From assembly GCA_051294375.1 (NCBI GenBank), contig CM119265.1, positions 20,120,966 through 20,184,965 on the forward strand: a stretch of DNA of 64,000 nucleotides, given 5' to 3'. Position numbers and translations under genes: made by a program. Under the pieces are notes generated by a model, which had not been told where the DNA came from, made no database searches, and saw nothing but the letters and a program-made list of their open reading frames with translations. Numbering within the stretch: position 1 is the stretch's first letter; every line of letters starts with the position of its first letter. This DNA comes from Paraspadella gotoi (lineage: Eukaryota; Animalia; Chaetognatha). Positions 48,472-60,254 of the stretch are shown in pieces.

Positions 48472-49929
48472 ATATTCTGAAACGCAACGAACAGAAAGAA
48501 ATTATACAAAGATTAATATTTTGAACTAGCAGTCGGTCATTTAATTATAAACCGGGGTACTTAAAAATTTGATTTGTAAATAGCGTCACTCCTTTAATCC
48601 CTGGGTATTGGGTATCCCCGCTTCTGGCTAAAATGCGACGGGATCGATCTAAACATAGCAGTGAAATGAGTTTGTGAGAACTCGTGTTGCGCGTATCAGA
48701 GGCAATCCAACCGTTGACATATAATAATTTTATTCAAGCAATCAACACCGACAACAGGATTAGTTCAACTCTTTTTCTTTTATCATTTCGTCAGTTGGCT
48801 CGATTTCAAATTACTACCAACTACTGTATTATTTAATTTTTTTCAATATATTAAATCTTATTTAAAAACCGTATAGACATTAACTTACCATCATAGTTTC
48901 CCGATTGGAGAACTTTTTGTTTACAGTTTGTCATGAATTATATCTAAAATAAAAACGTAATAAACATTCTTCAAATTAAATATATTTCAAAAATAAAAAC
49001 CGTTTTGCAGCAAATTATGACAATTTGTATATTAATTTTAGTCGGAATACAATAAAAATATTTTTCAAATTTTTCAAACCTTCTTTTAAGAACAAAGATA
49101 ACAAAGATGACCTCTCATTTTTGACTGCGAAAGCACACCAATTTATCAACAAAACGCAATATCAATGACGAGAGGTAGAAAGCGTTATAAGTTACATTTT
49201 AGCTCTTCGAAACATAGAAAAGTTCCCACACCCAATTGAAGAATGTACATGTTAACATTAAACAATAAAAACGAAAAATAAATTTACAAAAATTGAATAC
49301 AAAATAATAACATATAATATTTTTAGGACCAATCATCATAAATATTGCATCAGCTATTTCATAATTGTTTGATAAGGTTGTATTTTCTACATTATGCACA
49401 ACGTACTACTCCTTAATTCTTATTTGACCCAAAACGAAAGCCACTAATTAGCTTAAGAGATACTTATCTGTATCCGAAAATATTAAAAATAACATCGGAA
49501 ATACGAGTGTTTTAAAATCAAGTTTATTAAAAACTCACAATGACTGACGGACCAACAAGTGCTTAATATGTAATATCAAAATAAATATAATTTATAAAAA
49601 AATTAAAATGTGTTAAAAAAAATATACTAAAAATACAAGTCGGGGGTTTATATCTGTAGAACAAGAACGGGAATTCCAATGTGTTGGGTCGCAGTAACTT
49701 TATTTTCACGTGCATTTCCCTTTGATCACATGATATGACATTACATAACTAAAGAACTTTCTTTGCCCATGTATTTATGACATGCACGGCATCAGAATTT
49801 TGTCTTTTATTCCTTATAGTTTTAGGGATTCGCTAGCAATCCCTTAGATTTAAGGTTTTTTTTCTGTCTTAACAAATGAGCAACCAACTGTAAGCAAATT
49901 ATATGCATTTTTAACCTAAGTAGGAATAA

Positions 49930-49994
49930 CCAACGGACAGACATACCGACCGACAAGTGAGTTGCTCCGCGAGTACTCGCGGCGCAACTAAAAA
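49930..49994 (+). mobile_element. Helentron/HINE (DINE-1-like) 3' end
   Basis: GGACAGACATACCGACCGAC microsatellite-like tract followed by the hairpin GTTGCTCCGCGAGTACTCGCGGCGCAAC and TAAAAA. A second, truncated copy lies at 61801-61864. Confidence 0.65.
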
Positions 49995-50679
49995 GATCCA
50001 AATACTTCTCCAATTACTTTAAATAACTAAGTATTTTTTTACCAAATGTATTTAAAATATTTTTAAGGCACATTATTTCAAAATATCAAGGCTAAAAAGT
50101 AACAAATAATACAGTAATAAATAACTGTCCCAGCCGTAACTCTGGAATGCGTGTTTTTTTTGTAACAAAGTTATTAACAGTGTATAATTATGAAACGTAT
50201 ACATAAAAAAATATGCGCCTAATCCTTATTTTTTTTTTTATATATTTTGTTCTGAACCTATAATAATAATTTATACACATTATTACATAATTAAAAATTA
50301 TTATCTTCAAATTCATTTATCTTCAAGTTTTTAATATTTCTATATTTTTTACATTTCTATATTTTTAAATTTTACTTTTAAGATTTTGGGTAGTAGAATT
50401 AAATAAATAATAAATAATTTTAACTAATAGACTAATTTTTATAATTATTATAACTATTAATTTTTAAAACAAAGATTAAAAAATGTATGAATAAGGTTTG
50501 AACCATTATCAAACAGTAACGATTTGAAAGAATATCTTATGTTGGTCAATTAGTCTTCAGTATGATAAGAAAGTTAGTAAATTAAAGGTTAAGCATAAAC
50601 AAGCTATAAAATGAGAAATTAAGTTCCTTTTAAAATCTCAAATGTAATATATAAAAACTTTTTTTTCATTATCGGTTAA

Positions 50680-53600
50680 CTAAGAAATGCTTTGCTTCAA
50701 AAACACTTCCAAAACCCCCGAATTTTCTTCAGTAAAGAAAAATTTGTGTTGTCGTAGATAATTAATTACTGAAGGTCTTATTTTTGCATTTCCGCCTCTG
50801 CTACCATTACCTCTACCAGTGACTATGGTTACCTGAGTCTGATGTTTACTTATTTGTGATAAAGTAGAATTAGTGTTTTTAAGTATTTGTTTAAGATCAT
50901 TCATACGGGAATTCAAAACATCTTTTACTAACTTAATAGCTTCATCAACATGTAGTCCATGTAAATCCAGAATGTTTGACTTCTCAAGTTCTCTATGCTT
51001 TGAGTCAAACATCATTTGTGACGCACGTTTATTAGCGTTTCGAACCTTTTCTCCTTCTTTGTGAGCTAACTGGGAGTAATAATAAGCAGCTGGGCGTATA
51101 TTCGATTTAAATGCTTTTTGAGCCTTCTCAAAAAGCTCAACTCGTTTTCTGTGATGCAAAAAAGCCTCTGAACGAAGCAATAAATAATTAAGCTCCTCAT
51201 TATCCTCCGTTTCTTGATTATCATCAGATGACTCTTGAATGTTTTTTTTTTTATTCTTAATTCTAAAGCCAGCTTCTTTAAGACTGTGTACTGTACTTTC
51301 GAAACCACAATTGTTTGATAAAAACATTTCTTCTAAAATATCTTCTTCAATTTCTTCAAACATATCTGTAAGTTTCTTTAGTTTTAATTGGGAAGACAAA
51401 GTATGTAGTTGACAAGGAACCATAGATTCATCAATCATTGGCTGTCGAATTTTCAGCTTGTCTGAGAGTTTTTGTTCTTTCATTATCTCTCTAAAGTTTA
51501 ATTTTTCAGAATTTTGTTGTAGAAAATGTTGTGAGTCAGTACTATTTGACATGTCCTTATGACCTTTTTGTTCCTCCAGAATTTGTTCACTTTGTACAGA
51601 TGTTATTCGATCTGTAATGATATCATAGATTTTCCTCGAACTAATGTGGTCTAATTCTAGATTTAAACTTAACCCCTCGAGAATCGGAACATGTTTCTCA
51701 TCATTCATAGGAAATCTTCCAAATTTTTCTTGTAATTGATTTAGCAAATCGTTAGAAATCGAAAGTATCATTTTATCAGGAGCTAAAAAACTTTTATTAG
51801 GCTTTAAATCAGTAAAATTCAACTGGCTATCACAGGTAATATTGTCATCAATAATACTATCTGGTACCTCAGATAAATAATTATCAATATTTTTTTCTTT
51901 ACCATGTTCACCTTTTACCATTTCAGTTTCAATACCTTTAGAATGAAGAACGTTTAAAGGTTTTTCGAAGTTAAATAAATCCATTTCAGTTTCAGAATCA
52001 TTAAAGTCATAACCTAAACTTAAAACAATATCCACTGCAAATTCAAGATCACCCTGACAGTGCTCTAAAATATCTTCTAAATCTCCTTGATAACAGGTAG
52101 GAAAGCACTCTTTTAAAAATAATAATCCGCCTAAAATTATGGCATCTTCGCCAACTTCATTATTTACATAGGAACTTTTGTCCAAACCCGTTTTGTTTAT
52201 TTCATCGTTTTCTGATATGAATATATCACGAGCTTTAGAACCAATTAAAAGAAAGTTATCTAAAAATACTCTTTGACCATAAGTTAAATTATTAATTCGC
52301 AATGTTCCTTTCACAAAGCTAAAATCTGAACCACTTGTTATCGTTGAATTATCTTTTTTAATACATTTAGTGCCGGCCTCTTGGAACAAATTTTCTTTTG
52401 AATCGATAGGATATGGTGGAAAAGACCATTCATTACTAACAAGAAGGTTATCATCAGTTTTCTTACCAATTTCCATTATATTAAATGACTTAGAAGATTG
52501 GGTTTTGTTAGCTTCACAGTTAACTTCCCAAGTATTTATTAGTTCTGCTTCTAAATTTCTTTCCAACAAGCTAATATACGACTTTTGATCCTCTTCATCT
52601 TCATAATCGTCAGAATCGTAATCAACCAAACGTTTTGGTAATTTTGTATTTACAGGGTCAACTGTTATAATTGCTGAATAACCACTTTCTTCCTTTGTAA
52701 ATGGAGTTGAGTGAGACTTCGGTGCAGTTTCATCACATACCTTTGAGGAACAAGTTCCATTGGTTTTTGTGGTATCATTATCTACTTTGGGCGATTCTAT
52801 AGATGCTCCGCTTTTTGGTAAATCACATTTTTTACAAGTATCAATTAATTGAGTTGCAGTTATATTTCTATCGAATCGAGCAACCGCTCTTTTAAGACTC
52901 TCTAATTGTACTCCATGCTTATTTTTTCGGTATAGAACGTTTGGGTTAAATGACCAGGGAGTTTCTGGCTCCATTAGTTCGAGCCTAAAATTATGTTTCA
53001 AGCATATCTTGACATAAGGAACCATTTCCCATATCTCTGTATTAGTGTTATCAATAATTATTGGATTATAAATTCCAGCTTCAAGGTGATTTTTGACTCT
53101 AGAAAAGTTCCAGTCATGAGCATCTTTCAATCTATCCAGGGAAAACTTGTAATCGCCTTTATCGTTAATAAAAAAATCATCACTGCTAAAAATCATGCCT
53201 TGGTCCAATTTAATATGCTGTGCTAAACTAGACTTTCCACTTCCTGAACAGCCTCTTAGTATTACCATTACTTTTCCATATTTAACTAAATTCGAAATAT
53301 AATCACGTTTTTTGTCCCAGTTTTCATATATCTTTGTTTTTTTGTTTTTTTTTATTTTTCGGTTCTCACATTTCAAGCTAGGTTTTTTAGCCATATCCAA
53401 GTAAGACAATTGCTCGCCATTTTTTGTGTTAGCAATATGTAAGGGCGAAGCAAATGATGTATTTGTGCATGTAATTTCTTGATCCACATGCTGCTTCATA
53501 ACGTCAGAATTACGTGAATGTGATTTTTTCTTTCTCTGTGGAAGAGGTTGGTCAAAAAGAAAAGGGCCAACATCTTTTAATGCAAAATCTTTTTCTCTTG

Positions 53601-54228
53601 TCTCGTTGTCATCAGCATTGACACTGTCACAATCCCTTTGAGATTTCGGTTTTTCAATCCACCTTTCATAATTTTGCTGTTGCATTAAATCTGTTTCTTT
53701 TTTTTTATCGCTTTTCAATTCATTTTCCATAATACTTGAACTTAAAGCATGCCCTAAATCATTAACAAGCGAATGAAAATAGGCCGTAGAAGGCACCTTA
53801 ATTGGCTCTTGATTAATTGAAAAATGTGACAGTTGCGTTGAGCACGGAACGCTAATCGAACTTGGAAAAAACTCCGGAGCTTCGGCTGACAGCAATGAGG
53901 TGCTGTGCATACTGGGGGGAGTTTCCATCCGATCACTATTTAACTTAAAATCAACACCGTTTTCAGTCGTTTCGAGTGTGGTTAAAGTTTCAGCATTTGA
54001 GACAATTCCTTTAAAAATATTTTGTTCTGTCGGAGACTCCTCAGTCGAATTTATGTGAAGAAGGGTCTCCAAAGCAGCTTCGAGATTACCATTGTATTGT
54101 TCAGCAATTATTTCCACAACATCACCATCGAGTTTTCCATAGAACATGTTTTTTAAGTCTTGTAACGAAACGGGAGATGAAAAAACAGGTTCTGAAGGTT
54201 GATGAAGAAGTTTCTTCTTTTTTGGCAT
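50680..54228 (-). CDS. N4BP2: NEDD4-binding protein 2-like (CUE-like - P-loop polynucleotide kinase - CUE - DUF1771 - Smr), intronless
   Basis: ILRGCSGSGKS, FSSDDFF, AHDWN, IIIDNTN, AAYYYSQ, LDLHGLHVDEA and IVTGRGNGSRGG. Confidence 0.92.
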   Translation of the reverse strand: MPKKKKLLHQPSEPVFSSPVSLQDLKNMFYGKLDGDVVEIIAEQYNGNLEAALETLLHINSTEESPTEQNIFKGIVSNAETLTTLETTENGVDFKLNSDRMETPPSMHSTSLLSAEAPEFFPSSISVPCSTQLSHFSINQEPIKVPSTAYFHSLVNDLGHALSSSIMENELKSDKKKETDLMQQQNYERWIEKPKSQRDCDSVNADDNETREKDFALKDVGPFLFDQPLPQRKKKSHSRNSDVMKQHVDQEITCTNTSFASPLHIANTKNGEQLSYLDMAKKPSLKCENRKIKKNKKTKIYENWDKKRDYISNLVKYGKVMVILRGCSGSGKSSLAQHIKLDQGMIFSSDDFFINDKGDYKFSLDRLKDAHDWNFSRVKNHLEAGIYNPIIIDNTNTEIWEMVPYVKICLKHNFRLELMEPETPWSFNPNVLYRKNKHGVQLESLKRAVARFDRNITATQLIDTCKKCDLPKSGASIESPKVDNDTTKTNGTCSSKVCDETAPKSHSTPFTKEESGYSAIITVDPVNTKLPKRLVDYDSDDYEDEEDQKSYISLLERNLEAELINTWEVNCEANKTQSSKSFNIMEIGKKTDDNLLVSNEWSFPPYPIDSKENLFQEAGTKCIKKDNSTITSGSDFSFVKGTLRINNLTYGQRVFLDNFLLIGSKARDIFISENDEINKTGLDKSSYVNNEVGEDAIILGGLLFLKECFPTCYQGDLEDILEHCQGDLEFAVDIVLSLGYDFNDSETEMDLFNFEKPLNVLHSKGIETEMVKGEHGKEKNIDNYLSEVPDSIIDDNITCDSQLNFTDLKPNKSFLAPDKMILSISNDLLNQLQEKFGRFPMNDEKHVPILEGLSLNLELDHISSRKIYDIITDRITSVQSEQILEEQKGHKDMSNSTDSQHFLQQNSEKLNFREIMKEQKLSDKLKIRQPMIDESMVPCQLHTLSSQLKLKKLTDMFEEIEEDILEEMFLSNNCGFESTVHSLKEAGFRIKNKKKNIQESSDDNQETEDNEELNYLLLRSEAFLHHRKRVELFEKAQKAFKSNIRPAAYYYSQLAHKEGEKVRNANKRASQMMFDSKHRELEKSNILDLHGLHVDEAIKLVKDVLNSRMNDLKQILKNTNSTLSQISKHQTQVTIVTGRGNGSRGGNAKIRPSVINYLRQHKFFFTEENSGVLEVFLKQSIS

Positions 54229-54275
54229 GGTTACCTAAAAAAATAAAGTACAAATAACAAAAACGAAAATTTTAA

Positions 54276-56243
54276 TTAAGTTGAAGGTAATGAAACATTA
54301 GCTTCAGTAATATAAGTGATTTCTTTTTGATTTATATGATGAACAAACATAAGTTTTGAAATAGTTTCATTCAAGTTCAAAATTTCATTTTTTTGTTCTT
54401 GATTTAAAGCTTTTAAATTGTCGTACTCAGTTTTAAATTCTTCATTGAGTTTTTTCAATTTTTTTAGTTTAGAATTCAGCCGATTTACCATTATTTTTTG
54501 TTTTTCAATTACTTTATAAGACTCTTTTTCGATAGTCATTTGATTTTTTTCTTTAAATATAAGTTTTTCAGTAAGTTCTTCCAAACGCTGATTTAAAGCA
54601 AGGCATTCGTTTTTTAGCAAAAACATCAATTCAGATTGTTGACTGGCGAAATTCCTCAACCCTGTCAAATCTTTTCCATATTCACTCTTGATATTTAGGA
54701 TCGTTGCTTGCAATTTCTTTTCCACTTGATTTGCTTGTAACTGAATTTCTTGTAAGTCTTCGAAATGAAACTTTTGTACAGTTTCTCTTTTCATTTTATT
54801 TAAACAAGCTTCTCTTTCCGCATTAGTAACTTTTTCTTGTAATTTTAAACATTCAGTTTTTGATTCACTTAATTCTTCAGAAAACCGATGCGATTTTTCC
54901 TTATAAATTTTTATTTCGTTAGCAAGACTTGTCTCTAACAATTGCTTTGACACTTTTAATTCATGCAGTTCTTTTTTTGCGGAGAATAGTTCTTGTAAAA
55001 TTGATTCAACATTTTTACTTGGATTTCTATCATCTTCGCATATATCTTCAATACTTTCTTCACTTTTTGACTCTTTATATGTCACCAACTTTAACAATTT
55101 TGAATTTGACATTTCCAATCTCTGACGCAAACGGAGAATCTCTTCTTCGCAAACTTTTATTTGCTTTCCTAATTCGGCTTTTTTGGAGTTAAACGCCGCA
55201 TCTTTTTCGTCAAATATCTTTTTGCTTTCAAGCTTCATCGATTCGATCGCCCTCTCCCGATCGTCCTGTAACCTCTGCACTTCTGCAATTAGTTTATTTT
55301 CACGCAACGTCGACTCCTCCTTGTCCAGCAGTGTCGAGTCCACCATTTTAACGGTTTTTTTCAATTCTTTTATCAAATCGTCCTCCCTAGCCTTACCCTC
55401 GGACAATTTCTCAGTCAACTCAAACACACTTTTTGTCAGTCGATCTTTTTCGGCCGTCAACTCGACCAAGGCCCCTCTTCGAGCGGCAGCCGTAACATCT
55501 TCCTTAGATTTCTCTAAAGTCTCGACTTGCGATCGAAGATCCTTGATCCGCCTTGTCGCATCCGCATTTTCCGTCTCCAACGTCGCGATCTTTGCCTCCA
55601 ACTTCGTTTTCTCCAAACCCAAAGTCTTCTTGGACTTTTCCAATTCCGCGCGTAAACGTTCTCCCAACTCTTCGGTCAAGGATCGGTCTTCGTGCTCGGT
55701 CTCGCCGCCTTCCACTACCACATCCAACAGACTTCGCTTCAACTCGGCTCGCAAACTTTCGATCTCCGCGGTCAGAGCCCGAATCGTCCGCTCCCTCATG
55801 TCCGATTCCGAACGAAAACCCTCCCGCTCCTTCTCAAGAAAGTGAACATAGTTGAGTAATGAGTTGATGTAGGGTATCAATTCGTCCACGGCCATCGAGA
55901 TATTCGACGGGGGCGCCTTGGAAATCGTCTCGGATTTGTAATGTGGCCTCGCCCGCGGATCTGAGGATTGTTGGCGCAAACCCATTCGCAGCATTTCGCC
56001 CCTCAACTTCTCTACGACGTCGACCTCCGGTAGATCGAGAGAATCTCCGAGAGTTCTCGAGTCGCGCGTCCGACGTAACGGGTCCCCTTCGTCGACGGCG
56101 GCATCGGATAGAGGCGGAAGCGCCGTGGAGGGAGGAGATTGAGGACGGAAGTCCCGATCTGTGCGATTTAGTTGTCCGCTTGACAACGAAAACAAAAGAT
56201 CATCGAGTTTTCTATGGGCTTTCTCTCGAACCTCACGACTCAT
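54276..56243 (-). CDS. SDCCAG8: Coiled-coil centrosomal protein, SDCCAG8-like, intronless
   Basis: Long coiled-coil ORF. DELIPYINSLLNYVHFLEKE and QQSELMFLLKNEC resemble conserved SDCCAG8 segments. The first in-frame ATG is at 56243. Confidence 0.65.
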   Translation of the reverse strand: MSREVREKAHRKLDDLLFSLSSGQLNRTDRDFRPQSPPSTALPPLSDAAVDEGDPLRRTRDSRTLGDSLDLPEVDVVEKLRGEMLRMGLRQQSSDPRARPHYKSETISKAPPSNISMAVDELIPYINSLLNYVHFLEKEREGFRSESDMRERTIRALTAEIESLRAELKRSLLDVVVEGGETEHEDRSLTEELGERLRAELEKSKKTLGLEKTKLEAKIATLETENADATRRIKDLRSQVETLEKSKEDVTAAARRGALVELTAEKDRLTKSVFELTEKLSEGKAREDDLIKELKKTVKMVDSTLLDKEESTLRENKLIAEVQRLQDDRERAIESMKLESKKIFDEKDAAFNSKKAELGKQIKVCEEEILRLRQRLEMSNSKLLKLVTYKESKSEESIEDICEDDRNPSKNVESILQELFSAKKELHELKVSKQLLETSLANEIKIYKEKSHRFSEELSESKTECLKLQEKVTNAEREACLNKMKRETVQKFHFEDLQEIQLQANQVEKKLQATILNIKSEYGKDLTGLRNFASQQSELMFLLKNECLALNQRLEELTEKLIFKEKNQMTIEKESYKVIEKQKIMVNRLNSKLKKLKKLNEEFKTEYDNLKALNQEQKNEILNLNETISKLMFVHHINQKEITYITEANVSLPST

Positions 56244-56436
56244 GACAAACCGGAACACCTTCGACTCATGCGATTTTTACAGAAAAGATTTTCCGAATTT
56301 CACTAATAAAAGATAGGGAACAGCAAATTTGTGTATAATTTTATTATACAAACAAAAAAATATTGGTTTCGGAAGAAAACAGTCATATAAATAATGATAA
56401 ATGTTATCCATCAATCCGTCCGTTAGTTCCGTACGC

Positions 56437-58734
56437 TCATTCGAATCCCTGCCAGTCACTATGTTCCGAATCGTCCGCGGCAAGATCGGCGTCGTAACCG
56501 ACGCTTTTCACGCCGGACTTCAACGCCGGGGTTCCCTTGTCTTTTCCCAAGACCCGCGCGTTGATTTGGAGCCGGAGAATCGGCGACTGGGCATTCGGCG
56601 AAGTCGATTCGGAACCTCGCGACAATACGGAGAAGGTCAGTGTCTCTCGCATCAGTTTTTCTGAGTAAAAAAAAAAAAAATGGTTAAACTTCAATCAATA
56701 TCAGATTTTTCAGATTCAAATTTATTCATTATCTTTCCTTCTATCTCTTTTCAGTTCATTTTTTCATTTGCTTCTATTAACTAAGGCTTGTTAAAACCAG
56801 ATGACATATATTACTCGTTAAAAGAAGAATAGATACTAGATACTACTAAATCAAGGTATCAATTATAATGAAGCGAATTTTTTCTTCTTTTTTAGATTAA
56901 TATTTTTTTGTAATTCAGGCCTCACATCCGGAACTAAGTTTTCTTTTTTTTCGTTTGAACCGATAATTCAATTTCTATATTTTAGAACGCAGGTTTCTCG
57001 CCCAAAATTTTTACTCGAGTCGAAGAAGCCTTTTGTATTTGTATGGGCAAAAAATAAAAAATAAAAAAAAAATAAAAATAAAGTCGGATAATTTTAGACG
57101 AGAAACTAATTTAGAGAAATTTGAAAGGAAATATGAGTGCAGACAAAACTGCCAATATATACAGGATATATAGATGGATTGAAACTCGAACTTTCCGGAA
57201 AGATCCTGATCAGCGATATTTTTGTGGTTTCCATTGTTCATGAGTCAGGGCCAAGGATGGTAAGCGTCGGGATTGCAGGGAAGGTGTTAGGGTTTGGTTC
57301 AAGATAAAAAAAAACTTAAGAAACGCTATCGTTTATATTAAAACAAAAAATTAAAAAATTAAAAAGAAAAAATGCCTCTACATTTTATATTTCACCTTTT
57401 TACAAATAAAAAGGTAGACTTCAAAACGTTTAATAATCAATTTTTCTCTGTTAGGTATTTCCGACCAAAAAAATAAAGCCTATTAGTTTTCAATTATAAA
57501 TTCATGTCGGTTTCTTTTTTGACAACGATATTCTCCTCTCTTAATTAAAAACGCGACACTTAATCATCACTCACTTAGTGTTATTAGTGATTGTCAAAGT
57601 TTCGCCATGAATGAGCAGCTACAAATGTCAAGTTTTTTTAGTTCAAGTCGAATTCTCCGTTTCATTTCTTTGAATTTTACTACATAGTCGAAACCCGAAA
57701 TATGAGATCAGTTTTTCAAAAATCGTTTTCACGTATATACTATATAGCTCTATAGATGATATTTATTTTTAATTCTATTAAAAAGAGTTATAAAATTTTC
57801 ATTGCGAAATGAGTGTATGACTGTACGTATAATAATGATAAAATAAATCCTTTCACCGTTTCGAAGTAAAAAAATAAACCTTTTATTTTATGACTATTCT
57901 ATTCTTTGACCTTGTGTTGGGGGTAGAGGGAAGCAGCGACTTTGTGAAGTTGAACCTTATTTTGCACTGCCATCGTCTGCAATTCCAACCGATGTTAATT
58001 TTTTGAACTTCGGAAGATAATTTTTTTAAACTAAATTTAATTAAAAGCACAACCAAAGTTCATTTTCACTTCAATACTTACCCCGTTTCGGCATCTATCA
58101 CTGCCCGAACCCATTATGGAATTCATTATAAATCATACATGTCATTTCTCTGGTTGAACTTCACTCAAAATAGGGCTGAATTTAGCTTCGATTTAGTAGA
58201 CGGTAAATATTAGATTTCTTTCCGTAATATGAATCTAAAGCATATACTCCGAGTAACAATACTAGTTATAAATAAATGAAATTAGTAATTTTGAATGATA
58301 TTAAAAATAAAAAAAAAAACAATCTTGATAATTTTGAAAAAGACGCTATCGATACTCGTGGGAAAAGCAAAATAGGCTAAATAATAACCTTAACCGTCAC
58401 CTCATTAATTATTTGATGAGTAATGCGAAAAAGGAGATCACAAACCTTTGGCCGCTGTGAAGGCGAGTTTGAATCGACGACCCCCACCATCCTCGGAGGA
58501 TCTTTCTTCGACCGACTCAACCCGGACGTGAAGATTTTGTAGCGGATCGAAATCGAGAGAGCTACCGCCGAACCGGTCGTCGACGACGAAGCAAATCTCG
58601 TACTTGTGATTGTGCTTAAGAAATCCAAGGTTGACTGCGAACAAATCACCGCCCATGTCCCTCACCACTACGCTGGATTCGTGACTTAAAGAAACGGAAC
58701 CCTCTGCCTCGGCGAATTTCACCGAACATGACAT
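56437..58734 (-). CDS. C20orf27: UPF0687 / C20orf27 (ADISSP)-like protein, 2 exons with a 1.8-kb intron
   Basis: Exon 1 has VKF (RVxF-like) and LGFLKHNHKYEICF. Exon 2 has ARVLGKDKGTPALKSGV..DSEHSDWQGFE, matching the family C-terminus. Confidence 0.85.
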
Positions 58735-58814
58735 TTCTTCGGTGAAAAAAATTGGAAATATTTATTCGGAGGATTTGTATTTTTTAGAAAAGTGCCTCTT
58801 CCTTTAACATTCAG

Positions 58815-58961
58815 TCATTGAGCGCAGTTGGGGCAGTGAATGTTCTTTTCCTTAAGGAGCTTTTGAAGTCGTCCTTGTTCGAACATTGTCACGGTGTCGT
58901 CTCCGCCTCCGATGCACTGCCCGCCGACAAACACTCGAGGAACGGTTCGGGCTCCCGTCAT
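58815..58961 (-). CDS. Glutaredoxin, last exon only (exons with the active-site CPxC not found in the window)
   Basis: TTTTTTTCAG acceptor followed by MTGARTVPRVFVGGQCIGGGDD..GRLQKLL, the glutathione-binding TVP/GG motifs. Confidence 0.8.
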   Translation of the reverse strand: MTGARTVPRVFVGGQCIGGGDDTVTMFEQGRLQKLLKEKNIHCPNCAQ

Positions 58962-60254
58962 CTGAAAAAAAAAACGAGGAAGGGTCAGGAGCAAAGAAAG
59001 CATCCAGTTTGTTTCTATAGGAGAGACGGAAGCTAAAATTTTCAGCGAAAAGTATATAGTACCGGACACTAAAAGGGGGCGTCAAAGAGCGAATAAAGTT
59101 TCGACGAATTAAAACAATTTCACCTTTTTAGGGTAGGGGAAACACTTTTGTGAGGTTTTTTTTACGCCTACAAGCATATCTCAAGGACGGCTCCGCTCTA
59201 TCTCAAGGACAGCCGCGAGGGACCCTTCAAGAGGGGGAGTGGGTTCTGAACAGGATCTCTCCAGTGATTATTTCTACGGCTAGTCCTAATATCTATTAAA
59301 TTAAATATAAATTAATTCAAAGATAAAAGAAATCAGAGTAAGCGTTCTTCAACAAACTAAAAAAGTTGCTATAAATTTTTTTTTAAAGTCAAGTTATCAT
59401 GCATTTTCTCATGTGAAAATTAACCCGCAAGCGACACATCTTTATGAACACCTGTTCAATCCGTCGGGGAAATGAAAGATTTTTTTTTCAAAGCAAAAAC
59501 TCCCACAATTATGTATAAAAAGTGAGTCATTTAATAGTTTAAAAAATTTCTTTACGGATTATAACAACTTAAACGCACCCAAGTATTTTTTTAAAAATTA
59601 GATTAAATTTAACGTCTTAAATCATGATAACCGTTCAAAACAGGTCGCAAAGAATGTTGGTTTGGTTAGTCACTGAATGAAACGGTCATTCTCCTGGGTT
59701 CTTTTGAGATAAAATTCTCAGTTTCTTTCTCTTTCTTTCTCTCTCTCTCGTTCGGAGTCGTGTAACGTCAATCATGCGATGTACCTATTCTTATTCTTCT
59801 CTCGTCGTCGTCGTCCTACCCCTCCTCCTCCTCCTCATCTTCCTAATCGTTCTCTTCCCTCTCTTTATCCTTATTCTTCGATCCCTCATGCCATTTTTTC
59901 ACTCGCTTACAACACGAGAAACTTTGAAACTGAAAAGGAGAAACGGGTTTTCTCGTCTTCGACAAAAAAAAAAAATTAGCAAGAAAAAAATGAAATTAAA
60001 AGAAAGAACCAATCCCCGTTAATTAGTTTCCTTCGCACTCTCTTTCTCTTTCAACTTTAAACTTCGCTTCGTTTTAAAAATGACTGGGAAACTCGGAATA
60101 ATTCCTCGCCATTCTCGTCGGCTTTTTGTAGCGTTAGGATGACCGCGGCTGAAAAGCCAAAAAGAAGACGCGCGCTCGGGAAAAAAAAGATTAGGCTGGC
60201 GAGTGCAGCGTCATGGATTTCAAACCGTCGACGATAATCGAGGCCGCACTAAAC

